Assembly: GCA_963806435.1 (NCBI GenBank)
Contig: CAWEBD010000075.1
Location: forward strand, 5,395 to 69,394
DNA from: an uncultured Bacteroidota bacterium
Lineage (GTDB): Bacteria; Bacteroidota; Ignavibacteria; Kryptoniales; JAKASW01
DNA length: 64,000 bases
Direction of reading: 5' to 3'
A model generated the notes under the pieces. It was not told where the DNA came from. It did not search any database and was given only the letters and a program-made list of their open reading frames with translations. The position numbers and the translations under genes were made by a program. Shown here piece by piece: positions 19,374 to 28,282 of this stretch. Numbering within the stretch: the stretch's first letter is position 1; each line of letters begins with the position of its first letter.

Positions 19374-19823
19374 TCACTCGGGTTGCTTCACCACCGACAC
19401 GCTAATCTCGGCAGAAACCTGCTGATGAAGTTTCACCGGGATCTTGTAGCTCCCCAGCGCTTTGATCGGCTCGGCAAGTTCAATTCTCCGGCGATCTACT
19501 TCGAAGCCCTTTTCGGTAAGCTTGTCCGCGATCATCTGCGAGGTCACGGAGCCGAAAAGCTTGTCCTCTTCGCCCGCCTGGACTTCCATCGTGATCTCGA
19601 CACCGTTAAGCTTCTGGGCAAGGGTTTCCGCGTCATGGACTTCGCGGTTCAATTTTGCCTGGTAAGCCTTCTTTTCATTCTCTATCATCTTGAGGTAGCC
19701 GGGCGAGTAAGGGTACGCGACTTTCTGCGGGATGAGGAAATTCCTCGCATACCCATCGCGAACGTCGACGACCTTACCGATCTCGCCAAGGCCCTCTTGA
19801 TTCTTTCTTAGTATGACTTTCAT
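19374..19823 (-). CDS. rplI: 50S ribosomal protein L9
   Basis: 149 aa. MKVILRKNQEGLGEIGKVVDVRDGYARNFLIPQKVA N-domain. Confidence 0.9.
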   Translation of the reverse strand: MKVILRKNQEGLGEIGKVVDVRDGYARNFLIPQKVAYPYSPGYLKMIENEKKAYQAKLNREVHDAETLAQKLNGVEITMEVQAGEEDKLFGSVTSQMIADKLTEKGFEVDRRRIELAEPIKALGSYKIPVKLHQQVSAEISVSVVKQPE

Positions 19824-19934
19824 ATCAACTCCTTGTTAAAAGCAGTAATTAGTAAGAAGTAAGTAGTAAACAGCAAGGACCGGCATAATCCAGTATTCAC
19901 CGCCGGCTGCATACTTCCTACTGCTTGCTGACTT

Positions 19935-20171
19935 CTATCTTATTATGTCAGAGACGAACGGCAGCAGCGCGAGATGACGCGCGCGCTTTATCGCGAGGGC
20001 GAGCTGGCGCTGATGCTTCGCGCAGGTCCCGGTAACGCGGCGGGGAATTATCTTCCCTTGCTCGGAAGTAAACTTCACGAGGCGCTTCTCATCCTTGTAA
20101 TCGATGTAGATATCGCCGCTCTCGCAGAACCTGCAAGTTTTTCTCTTCTTTATTTCTTTTACTGGTAACAA
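19935..20171 (-). CDS. rpsR: 30S ribosomal protein S18
   Basis: 78 aa. CRFC...[50 protein letters not shown]. Confidence 0.9.
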   Translation of the reverse strand: MLPVKEIKKRKTCRFCESGDIYIDYKDEKRLVKFTSEQGKIIPRRVTGTCAKHQRQLALAIKRARHLALLPFVSDIIR

Positions 20172-20176
20172 TTCAT

Positions 20177-20659
20177 TTACTCGCTGATTTTGTGTCCGTT
20201 GTTTTTAAGCAAATCGGATTCTTCGTTGGTCAGGAATCTGTCGAACGAATCGTCCGTGAAAGTTGATGGCTCCTCTTCAGTAACCTGTTCGGTAGCAATG
20301 TCTGCCACACGCCCGCGCTTGTTCAGGAACTGTATCCGCCTCGCCTTGATCTCCACTATCGAGCGGTTGTGACCGTCATCGGTTTTCCAATTGCGGCTCT
20401 GGAGCTCGCCGTCAATAAGAACGGCGCTCCCCTTTTTCAACCTGTCGCGGCAGCTGTCGGCCAGCTTGTTCCATGCAACGATGCCGACGTAGCAAACATC
20501 TTCCTGCCACTGGTTTCCGCTGTCCCGGAATTTCCTGTTCGAGGCAACAGTGAAGTTAACGACGGGGGTACCGTTCGTCGTCTGCCGAAATATCGGGTCC
20601 TTTGTCAGGTTACCCGCAAGAACGACGCTATTCATTTCGGGCATCTTTAGGTCAGCCAT
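20177..20659 (-). CDS. ssb: single-stranded DNA-binding protein
   Basis: 160 aa. OB fold: [32 protein letters not shown]...WNKLADSC. Sits between rpsF and rpsR as in many bacteria. Confidence 0.9.
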   Translation of the reverse strand: MADLKMPEMNSVVLAGNLTKDPIFRQTTNGTPVVNFTVASNRKFRDSGNQWQEDVCYVGIVAWNKLADSCRDRLKKGSAVLIDGELQSRNWKTDDGHNRSIVEIKARRIQFLNKRGRVADIATEQVTEEEPSTFTDDSFDRFLTNEESDLLKNNGHKISE

Positions 20660-20696
20660 GCTTCCTCCATCAATGATTTAGCCTAACTATGTGTTT

Positions 20697-21146
20697 TCAT
20701 TTCTCATCACGGTCTTTCCCGGCCACGGCGTAACTCCGCCCGCCCGACGGACGCGTTTCATCCGACTGATTGGACGGCTCAGCCTGTTCGGTTCTCGAAA
20801 CACGCTGGCGGCGACGTCTCTTCATTCCGGCCCGGGCTTTCAGCATATTCTTGTCAACAACGACTGTGAGATGACGAATCACGTCCTCATCGAGCTTGAA
20901 GGTGCGCTCGAGCTTCGATACGATGTCCGTCGGAGATTTGTGAAGCACCTGCACGTAGAACCCGGCGTTCTTTTTCCTTATGGTGTACGCTAGGCGCCTT
21001 CTCCCCCAACGATCGATCGTGGTCACTTCGCCGCCGTTCTTCGTTACGAATTCCTGGTAGCGCGTGATTATGGCCTCGACCTGACCGTCTTCCAGATTGG
21101 AGTTGATAATAAATGTGGTCTCGTACTCTCGCTGAATGATATTCAG
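20697..21146 (-). CDS. rpsF: 30S ribosomal protein S6 (non-canonical start required)
   Basis: The conserved N-terminus (Q)REYETTFIINSNLEDGQVEAIITRYQEFVTKNGGEV lies upstream of the track GTG at 21026. The in-frame stretch back to the TGA has no ATG/GTG/TTG. CTG at 21146 sits 9 nt after GGAGG. Confidence 0.8.
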   Translation of the reverse strand: MNIIQREYETTFIINSNLEDGQVEAIITRYQEFVTKNGGEVTTIDRWGRRRLAYTIRKKNAGFYVQVLHKSPTDIVSKLERTFKLDEDVIRHLTVVVDKNMLKARAGMKRRRRQRVSRTEQAEPSNQSDETRPSGGRSYAVAGKDRDEK

Positions 21147-21286
21147 TTTAATTCACCTCCTTTGGTCATTTTGGCTGGCCGCCGGTGAAAGTCCCGCCAT
21201 ATTTTTCTATGCCGGGATGGCGCCAGAGGCGCACACGGTCAGCAGTTTAGGCGCCGCACGACAGCTCGCCGCGGCGCGGTTTTTTA

Positions 21287-21856
21287 TCAGTTAAATCTGT
21301 TCATGGCAGCCTGAATTCCCGAGTTGACGAAAACAAACACCGCATCGGCGGCGTCCTTGACCATTTTCTCAACCTCCGGGCTCTCGTCCGCCTGAAACTT
21401 CGAAAGAACAAAATCCGCCATATCTCTCCCCGGCACAACCTCTTCAGTTCCGATACCGCATCGCATCCTGGGAAAGCCATCATCGTTCAAATGATAGATT
21501 ATGGAATAAACTCCGTTATGCCCGCCATCGCTCCCGCCCTTACGCAGGCGAAGTTGTCCTAACGGGATGTTAAAATCGTCGTATACAACGAGCAGGTCGA
21601 CGAAGTCGATACCGAACTTCTCAACCGCGTCTTTGACAGCAACGCCGCTGTTGTTCATGAAGGTCGTAGGCTTGAGCAGCAACACATCTTCCCCGGCATG
21701 GCGGAATTCAGACAAGAAATACTCGCCCTTCCCCGCCTGGAACGGTTTCTTCGCCTTCGACGCGAGAAGGTCGACGACCATGAAGCCCACGTTGTGCCGT
21801 GTAGCTTCATATTCGCGCCCCACGTTCCCAAGACCGACGATCATCTTCCTGCCCAA
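21287..21856 (-). CDS. pth: peptidyl-tRNA hydrolase
   Basis: 189 aa. MIVGLGNVGREYEATRHNVGF signature. The start could be ATG 21856 or 21844. Confidence 0.9.
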   Translation of the reverse strand: MGRKMIVGLGNVGREYEATRHNVGFMVVDLLASKAKKPFQAGKGEYFLSEFRHAGEDVLLLKPTTFMNNSGVAVKDAVEKFGIDFVDLLVVYDDFNIPLGQLRLRKGGSDGGHNGVYSIIYHLNDDGFPRMRCGIGTEEVVPGRDMADFVLSKFQADESPEVEKMVKDAADAVFVFVNSGIQAAMNRFN

Positions 21857-21898
21857 TCCACCGAGTCCTTCAGAGAAATCATCACGTTCGGCAAAAGA

Positions 21899-22585
21899 TC
21901 AGTCAGCCTTCTTCTTTCCCTTCTCTTCCGGCTGACCGGCTTCGGGTTCTTCCTCAGTCTTCTTCGCCTTTCCGATGACTTCGGGTTCCGCAGGCTGTTC
22001 AGTCGCGGCCAGGGCAGCGGTTTCAGGAGTCTCTTCCTTAATTGTCGGAGGAGGCACGACCGTCACAATCGCCGATTCCAGATTGTCGAGTATCTTTACC
22101 CCTTCCATCTTGAGGTCTTTTATATGAACCGAATCGGATATGCCAAGTTCCGAAACGTCAACCATTGCGTGCTCGGGGACGTTATCAGGATCGCACTGGA
22201 TCCTGATTCTATGTATAGAGTGCTGAAGAATACCGCCATCCTTGATCCCTTTCGCGGTTCCGACCAGCTGGACCGGTATCTGCAGGGTAACCTTCTCTCC
22301 CTCCCGTATGCCGTGAAGGTCGAAGTGAAGTATATGTCCAACGACGGGGTCGTATTGAACTTCGTTCAGAATAGCCCGCCGCTCGGTTCCGTCCTGAAAT
22401 TTCACCTTGATAACGTGAGTGGTGTGTGAACCCGCCAGCTTGCGCACCGGAACCTCGTCCGCCTGCAGAGCGACGTTTTCGCTTCCCATGTAAAACACGC
22501 CCGGGATTTTCTTCTCAGCTTGAAGCCTCTTCGCTTTCTTGCCCACCAACGACCTTTTCTCAACATTCAAAACAACGTCTTCCAT
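21899..22585 (-). CDS. rplY: 50S ribosomal protein L25/general stress protein Ctc
   Basis: 228 aa. N-terminal L25 fold (RSLVGKKAKRLQAEKKIPGVFY), a Ctc-type second domain and an acidic/Lys-rich tail. Confidence 0.85.
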   Translation of the reverse strand: MEDVVLNVEKRSLVGKKAKRLQAEKKIPGVFYMGSENVALQADEVPVRKLAGSHTTHVIKVKFQDGTERRAILNEVQYDPVVGHILHFDLHGIREGEKVTLQIPVQLVGTAKGIKDGGILQHSIHRIRIQCDPDNVPEHAMVDVSELGISDSVHIKDLKMEGVKILDNLESAIVTVVPPPTIKEETPETAALAATEQPAEPEVIGKAKKTEEEPEAGQPEEKGKKKAD

Positions 22586-22594
22586 TTTATCCTC

Positions 22595-23527
22595 TTACTT
22601 AATTTCGAATAATGAACTAATTGATTCGTTCTGGTAGGTTCTCCGGATCGCTTCCGCGAACAGCCTTGCTACCGACTCCACTTCAATCTTATCGGACTTG
22701 CGCCTGAGCGGCACCGTGTCGCTGACAATAAGTTTTTTCAGGGCGCTGCTTTCGATTTTCTCGAAGGCTGTACCGCTAAAAATCGGATGCGTGCACGCGC
22801 CGTAAATTTCATTCACTCCCGCCGCCCTGAGAGCGTTCACTCCCGCGAGAAAAGTGCCGGCAGTATCTATCAGGTCGTCGACGATCAAGACGTTTTTACC
22901 CTTCACATCTCCGATTATATTGACGACCTCAGCTATGTTCGCCTTCGGGCGCCGCTTGTCTATCAGGACGAGGTCCGCTTCGAGACGTGTCGCGTAGGCA
23001 CGGGCGAACTTTATGCCCCCCACATCCGGGGAGACAACTATAAGGTTCGGTATCTTCAGGTCTTTGATCTTCCTGACGAATACGGCCGAAGAATACAAGT
23101 GGTCCACGGGGATGTCGAAGAACCCCTGGATCTGAGCGGCGTGAAGATCCATCGTGAGTATCCGTTCCGCTCCAGCTTTTGTCAGGAGGTTCGCCACAAG
23201 CTTCGAGGAGATAGCGACGCGCGGCTGATCCTTCCTGTCCTGGCGGGCATAACCGAAATACGGGATCACCGCCGTTACTCTTGAGGCAGATGCCCGCTTT
23301 GCTGCGTCTATCATTATAAGAAGCTCCATGAGGTTCTCGGCGGGCGGGAAAGTGCTCTGTATTATGAAAACGTCCGCCCCGCGAATATTGTCCGAGTACT
23401 TCACCCAGATTTCGCCGTCGCTGAAATTGACGATCTCCCTTTCACCAAGGGGTTCACCAATCTCATGGGCAATCTTCTCCGCCAGGGCGAGATTGCTCCT
23501 ACCTGAAAATATTTTTATGCCGTCCAT
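22595..23527 (-). CDS. prs: ribose-phosphate pyrophosphokinase
   Basis: 310 aa. DLHAAQIQGFF, VVSPDVGG, and the PRPP-binding loop VLIVDDLIDTAGT. Confidence 0.9.
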   Translation of the reverse strand: MDGIKIFSGRSNLALAEKIAHEIGEPLGEREIVNFSDGEIWVKYSDNIRGADVFIIQSTFPPAENLMELLIMIDAAKRASASRVTAVIPYFGYARQDRKDQPRVAISSKLVANLLTKAGAERILTMDLHAAQIQGFFDIPVDHLYSSAVFVRKIKDLKIPNLIVVSPDVGGIKFARAYATRLEADLVLIDKRRPKANIAEVVNIIGDVKGKNVLIVDDLIDTAGTFLAGVNALRAAGVNEIYGACTHPIFSGTAFEKIESSALKKLIVSDTVPLRRKSDKIEVESVARLFAEAIRRTYQNESISSLFEIK

Positions 23528-23657
23528 CAGTCACTTTTAACTTTCGCCGGTACACAAGGATCCTCCGGAGGAGGTGGATTTGGATTTCCCTCGAAAGGGA
23601 GACCTCGCTACTCAGCATTTTAAAAGATATGTCTAATCTTCAAGCCGTCTGACTTGC

Positions 23658-23760
23658 GTCGGGCGGCATTCCGACAACGGTCAAGCATTGTCGGGAGAAC
23701 CTACGTGTGTCCCGACTGCACGGCGTGCAGTCGGGATGCGTGCCTCTTGGCTACGCCAAC
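23658..23760 (-). pseudogene. degenerate tRNA-Gln-like remnant interrupted by two hairpins
   Basis: Shares three blocks with the intact tRNA-Gln, in the same order: GGCGTAGCCAAG, ACACGTAGGTTC and TGCCGCCC. The anticodon arm is replaced by CCCGACTGCAC-GCC-GTGCAGTCGGG. The T loop is split by CCGACAA-N10-TTGTCGG. The acceptor stem no longer pairs. Confidence 0.4.
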
Positions 23761-23806
23761 CAGTTCCAGAAACTTCGCGGTCCCTTTGAAGCTCTTGAGC
23801 TCTCGC

Positions 23807-24028
23807 TCACGCCTGCGTGCTGAAGCACTTCGGTGCGCAGGCACGCTCCATAGCTTCCGCTCGCGTCTCATATTTCTCAAAGTACACCATCGACCACGGC
23901 GCGTACGCCTTCGTCGACTTCACTCTGCCTTCGTTGTGCCTTCTGAGCCTGTCGGCCAGATCGTTCGTCTGCCCAACATAGAACCTTCTCGTCTTCAAGC
24001 TCATCAGTACATACACAAAGAAGCTCAT
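23807..24028 (-). CDS. small GIY-YIG nuclease-family protein (C-terminus apparently truncated)
   Basis: 73 aa. FFVYVLMS...RFYVGQTNDLADRLRRHNEG...STKAYAPWSMVYFEKYETRAEAMER is the GIY-YIG/URI core. The ATG lies 5 nt downstream of the tRNA-Gln 3' end. Confidence 0.75.
   Translation of the reverse strand: MSFFVYVLMSLKTRRFYVGQTNDLADRLRRHNEGRVKSTKAYAPWSMVYFEKYETRAEAMERACAPKCFSTQA
23809..23842. repeat. 34-nt palindromic insertion-like segment inside the GIY-YIG gene
   Basis: GCCTGCG/CGCAGGC outer stem (23811-23817 / 23836-23842) with an inner GCAC-TTCG-GTGC hairpin, flanked by GCGT on both sides. Removing it restores the frame to ...AMERERELKSFKGTAKFLEL. Confidence 0.45.
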
Positions 24029-24033
24029 CTACG

Positions 24034-24105
<72 letters not shown>

Positions 24106-24542
24106 ATAGAACTTTCACTAAATGACGCTGCCACAGGGGCTGCCGCGCACCATTTCACAAGTGCAGCGGCATAAAATATAGCTTTCCGGCGCCGTAAAAT
24201 CAAAGGAGAAAGGTGATATACCTACCCGCCGGGCGCTTCGCGTGGAGGGCCCCCAAATTTCACCTGAAATCGTGGACCGCTTCAGCCTTAACGTCTGTCA
24301 GCACAGCAATGTAGGTCAGCCACTTCATAGCGCGCCTCCTCCATCGTCTTGAACGACAGCCGTGAAATTGCGCCGCCTCTTTGCGGTTCTTTGCCAACAC
24401 AGCGGGAGCAGATTACCTCAATTTCCCGCGACCGGCTGTCCAATCCGCTGATCAGAAGGAATCTATCCGCCAACCTGACAAAAATCAACTTCGAGACACC
24501 GTGACACCACCGCGCCGGCACCACGGTAAAATCCCGAGACTC

Positions 24543-25340
24543 TCAACGAGTCCCTTCCGACTTGAGTATCCTGATGCTGCCGTTCACCGTCTCGACTCTC
24601 ACGGACGCACCGCCTTTCCCGATCTTCCCGTGAATCGAGTCACCCATCTTGACGTAAACGTCCTCATCGCTCTCCCGCGAGGATTGGAGCCCGAAATCGT
24701 TTGTGATATGCCCCATCGTCGTGCTGGCTTCCAGGTTTGCATCCGAGTTGGCGGGCATGCTGATAACAACAGCACCGTTCACCGATTTCAATCTCGCCAA
24801 CGATTCAGCTGCCATCGCCCCGAATTCCGCTTCGACCTCGCCGTTTATGGTCTTCAGATCACATCCACCCACAAGGTTCTCGGCGTGAATCGCGCCGTTC
24901 ACGGTCGATGCGGCAACGGTTCCGGTTACGCCGGAGATATCGATCTTCCCGTTGATGAGGTCGACCTTGTCAAGCTTTGCGCCTTTGGGAATCGTGAGCG
25001 TGTATTCAACTTCATAACCGTGACCATGATGCTCATCCCGTTCCTCCGGGTACCTGGTATGGATCGCGACGATATCATTTGACGCATCGACCTCAATCTT
25101 CAGATTGTCGAGATCATTTTTATCGTCAGCGTATTTCACGGCTTCGATCTTCACCTCATTCTTGTCCCAGGTTGTTATCTTCACGTTGCCGTTGATGTTT
25201 TGCAGACTGACCGTACCACCTGCACTCAGCGCGTAGGATTGCTGGAACTTTTCACTGGCGCCGTTGGACTTTGCAAGCAGGGGCCCCACGGAGAACAGGA
25301 AAACGACAAATCCAATTGCAAGAATTCCGAAGCGTCTCAT
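24543..25340 (-). CDS. secreted DUF4097-like beta-strand repeat protein
   Basis: 265 aa. Signal peptide FVVFLFSVGPLLAKS. Repeated NG-x-[IV] strand motifs (INGNVKITT, INGKIDISG, VNGAIHAEN, INGEVEAEF, VNGAVVISM, VNGSIRIL). Confidence 0.65.
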   Translation of the reverse strand: MRRFGILAIGFVVFLFSVGPLLAKSNGASEKFQQSYALSAGGTVSLQNINGNVKITTWDKNEVKIEAVKYADDKNDLDNLKIEVDASNDIVAIHTRYPEERDEHHGHGYEVEYTLTIPKGAKLDKVDLINGKIDISGVTGTVAASTVNGAIHAENLVGGCDLKTINGEVEAEFGAMAAESLARLKSVNGAVVISMPANSDANLEASTTMGHITNDFGLQSSRESDEDVYVKMGDSIHGKIGKGGASVRVETVNGSIRILKSEGTR

Positions 25341-25357
25341 ACGACTCTCCTTCCCGT

Positions 25358-26494
25358 TTATCTTGTTGACGCAGTCAACTTTTTAATGTAAATGTTGCCG
25401 GAGGAGGTATGGAGGTAGACTTCCTGCCCCCCGCCATTGAGCGTGCACTCCACCCGGCGACTTCCGGAATCGCCGGATGATTTGTAGGTTACCGGGAAAT
25501 CGGTGACTATCTGGTCGTCATCCCCGCCCGATATGTCGGCCTTAATGGTGACTTTAGCATCAGTTGGAAGATAGAGATAGACATCTCCGCCACTCGAAGT
25601 TATCCTACTCGCCTGACCGCCTGCGGGGGTCAGCCCGACCTTGACAGTTCCACCGGAAGACGAGACATTTGCCGAACCCACGACATTGGTAATGCTAACG
25701 TCGCCGCCGGATGTATTGGCGCTGATTTTTCCTTTACCCGAGGTCAGAGTTATGTCGCCGCCAGAAGTCGAAAGCGAGACGTTCCCGCCGACATTACCGA
25801 CCGTCACATCGCCGCTCGAGGTTGAGGCAGATAAGTTGCCACCGACCTTAGCGATATTCATGTCTCCACCCGAAGTCGTGGCGGAGAGGTTTTCGTCGAC
25901 CGTTCCGACAGATATGTCACCCCCGGAAGTCGATATTTTAAGATCCTTCGCGGCATGATCGACGTGTATATCTCCGCCGGCGGTGGCAAGGTCAGCCACT
26001 CCTTCGATATCCCTCACGGTTATGTCGCCACCCGAGGTTTTTCCGTTCACTCCTCCGCTTACGCCGTCCAGCGTCAGGTCGCCGCCTGATGTATGCATGG
26101 CCGCATCTCCCTGGAGCGCGCCGTCAATCCTGACATCGCCTCCCGACGTCGTGAGATCGACGTTAAAATCTTTCGGAACATAAAACTCGAACCTCAAGTC
26201 CCTGCTGGAGCCGGTCCATCCCCAATCAGACCGGTATTCTACCCTGACGGTATTGCCATCCTGGCTGGTCTTGAGGCGATCGGCATCGTCCCCGATGTTC
26301 CGGGCGGTCATCTGTACCTGCATTTTGTCCCATACTCTTACCTGTATATCACCTCCACCGACGGAGACGATAAGCTTTCCTCCCTTCTCGACATTGAAAT
26401 TCTTCTGCACGTCGGCAGAAGCCTTTTCCATGCCGGCACACATAGCCACCATGAAGAGAACGAGAGAAGCGGATAACGCGATAGTATTTTTCAT
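25358..26494 (-). CDS. secreted DUF4097-like protein with about 12 SGGD[IVM] repeats
   Basis: 378 aa. Signal peptide LVLFMVAMCAGMEKASA. Periodic TSGGDV/TSGGDI/SSGDV repeats about 19-20 aa apart, consistent with a beta-helix. Confidence 0.65.
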   Translation of the reverse strand: MKNTIALSASLVLFMVAMCAGMEKASADVQKNFNVEKGGKLIVSVGGGDIQVRVWDKMQVQMTARNIGDDADRLKTSQDGNTVRVEYRSDWGWTGSSRDLRFEFYVPKDFNVDLTTSGGDVRIDGALQGDAAMHTSGGDLTLDGVSGGVNGKTSGGDITVRDIEGVADLATAGGDIHVDHAAKDLKISTSGGDISVGTVDENLSATTSGGDMNIAKVGGNLSASTSSGDVTVGNVGGNVSLSTSGGDITLTSGKGKISANTSGGDVSITNVVGSANVSSSGGTVKVGLTPAGGQASRITSSGGDVYLYLPTDAKVTIKADISGGDDDQIVTDFPVTYKSSGDSGSRRVECTLNGGGQEVYLHTSSGNIYIKKLTASTR

Positions 26495-26495
26495 T

Positions 26496-27485
26496 TCAGA
26501 GCTCCTTGAATTGTTTCAGCATGTCTGCTGCTTTTAGTCTGACATATCTGTTTTGGTCCGAAGACGAACTCTCCTTGAGCACGTCGAGTATTCTCGGGTC
26601 GATCCCTTTTCCTTCCACCGCGCGCATGCCCTCATTAGACTCTTTGCCGGAGAGGAAATTGACGGCCGCAACCCTCATACCCGGATTTTTGTCGTGCTGC
26701 AGGATAAAGAGCAGTACATCCTTCGTTGTGTTGTCAAAGGGGAACCTCATCAACGACAGAAGCGCTTCCCGGCGCACGCCGGCATTTTCATCGGTCTTCA
26801 CGGCTTTCACCAGAGCGTCCACGATCTGCTTATCCGGTTTGACCGACACCGATGAGCCGAGCACGCCTACCGTTCTAAGACGAACTCCAGGGTTGTCCGA
26901 ATTTGCCAGCGCGAAGGCAAGTATCTTCTGTACATGCTCATCATCAAGCGACCCCTTCATTTCATATCTCCGGATCAGGTTGAAAGAGAAGTCGACTTCG
27001 CCGGATTTTTCACCGGTGGAGACAAAGCGCACGTCGCTGATGGCCGCGTTGCCTGCGTTTTTCGAAGAAAGCTCAGACAGGACCTCGCGCGATCCATTGT
27101 TCGCGACATTCCCGTGCGCGAACAGGATATAGCCGGAAATGAAACCGACGGAAAGCATGGCGAAAGCCACAACCGCTGCCACATACACGGGAACCGCGCG
27201 CCATCGGGGCTGAAGCTGCAATCTGACGACCCTCTGTCTTCCGGACGGTCCCTCATTCTCCGCGAACAGCGCCTGCCGGAATTTCGCTCTGGCTTCAACA
27301 ATGTCCTTCTCGGGAACCGCACCGGCCCGGCCCCTTTTCTCAGGGAGAATATCCGCCAATTTTTCGTTGAAGGCGCTGCAACGGCGGCACGACTTCAAAT
27401 GCCTTTCCAATGCTTCCTTTTCATTGGGCGATATCTCGTCGTAGTACGACAGGACGACTAAACCTTCGTATCTCTTGTGTCTCAT
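26496..27485 (-). CDS. anti-sigma factor: zf-HC2, one TM helix, extracytoplasmic HEAT-like repeats
   Basis: 329 aa. H-x3-C-x2-C (HLKSCRRC). TM helix AVPVYVAAVVAFAMLSVGFISGYILFA. C-terminal repeats DNPGVRLRTV, DENAGVRREAL, DKNPGMRVAAV, DQNRYVRLKAA. Confidence 0.7.
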   Translation of the reverse strand: MRHKRYEGLVVLSYYDEISPNEKEALERHLKSCRRCSAFNEKLADILPEKRGRAGAVPEKDIVEARAKFRQALFAENEGPSGRQRVVRLQLQPRWRAVPVYVAAVVAFAMLSVGFISGYILFAHGNVANNGSREVLSELSSKNAGNAAISDVRFVSTGEKSGEVDFSFNLIRRYEMKGSLDDEHVQKILAFALANSDNPGVRLRTVGVLGSSVSVKPDKQIVDALVKAVKTDENAGVRREALLSLMRFPFDNTTKDVLLFILQHDKNPGMRVAAVNFLSGKESNEGMRAVEGKGIDPRILDVLKESSSSDQNRYVRLKAADMLKQFKEL

Positions 27486-27497
27486 GATCGTAATCTC

Positions 27498-28136
27498 CTA
27501 CTCGTAGACCTCTTCAAGTTCGTTCTGTAAACGGCGGACCGCTTCGAACAGGTATTTCTTTATTGTCCCCTCGGCGCAATTCGTAATAGACGCGATCTCC
27601 CGTAATTTGTAGCCCTCGTAATGTTTCATGGTGAAAACGAGCCTCTGCATCGGAGAGAGTTTGTCGAGCGCACGTTCTATCTGCCTGCCCAACTCGGCGC
27701 GCATGAACTCTCCTTCAGCCGACTCGGTGGAACGAGGTTCCGGGGCCGGGTCATATGCGCGCTCCGGATCAAGCCGCTGGTTTACAGTCCCGAACACTTC
27801 CGCGTATCTTCTCTGACTGGATTTGAAGCTTATGCACACATTCGTGGCGATCCTGTACAGCCATGTCGAGAACTCGCTTCTCATCTCGAATTTCCTAATC
27901 GACCTGTAGGCACGAATAAGCGTCTCCTGGTAAATGTCCTTGGCATCATCCGAGTTCCGCGCGCACGAGAATGCGAGTGACAGGACATGACGGTCATACT
28001 TCTGTACAAGCTCCCCGAACGCGTCCAGGTCACCTCCCTGAGCGCTTAAAATCAGCTCCGTGTCACCGACATATCCTGGAATGGATGCTTGCGCCGACAA
28101 ATATTCCTCTTTTTCTTCCCTTTTTGGCGTTTTCAT
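27498..28136 (-). CDS. ECF-type RNA polymerase sigma factor
   Basis: 212 aa. Region 2 (FGELVQKYDRHVLSLAF...DAKDIYQETLIRAY...FSTWLYRIATNV) and region 4 (LSPMQRLVFTMKHYEGYKLREIASITNCAEGTIKKYL). Confidence 0.85.
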   Translation of the reverse strand: MKTPKREEKEEYLSAQASIPGYVGDTELILSAQGGDLDAFGELVQKYDRHVLSLAFSCARNSDDAKDIYQETLIRAYRSIRKFEMRSEFSTWLYRIATNVCISFKSSQRRYAEVFGTVNQRLDPERAYDPAPEPRSTESAEGEFMRAELGRQIERALDKLSPMQRLVFTMKHYEGYKLREIASITNCAEGTIKKYLFEAVRRLQNELEEVYE

Positions 28137-28282
28137 ATATTTCGACTCCTGATGCCTGGAAAAAGTTGGGGGCGGAAAACCGCCTGTCAGCGGATATTTA
28201 GGATTTATTCTTACCGGACTACGCCCGGGGGTAGGTCAAGTGTACAGCTACGTATCCCGGTAAAGACGGCCGGGGCGTAAGG

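Noticed and set aside
19171-19377. 68-aa ORF in the rplI-ccdA spacer
   Set aside because: It is Arg/Pro/Ile-rich with no SD and overlaps the hairpins described for this spacer. It is likely non-coding.
24288-24524. 78-aa ORF next to tRNA-Gln with ...SFKTMEEARYEVADLH, faintly reminiscent of the C-terminal end of IS3/integrase-core proteins
   Set aside because: The similarity covers about 15 residues recalled from memory, with no DDE/catalytic motifs, no inverted repeats and no upstream continuation in any frame. This is not supportable without a search.
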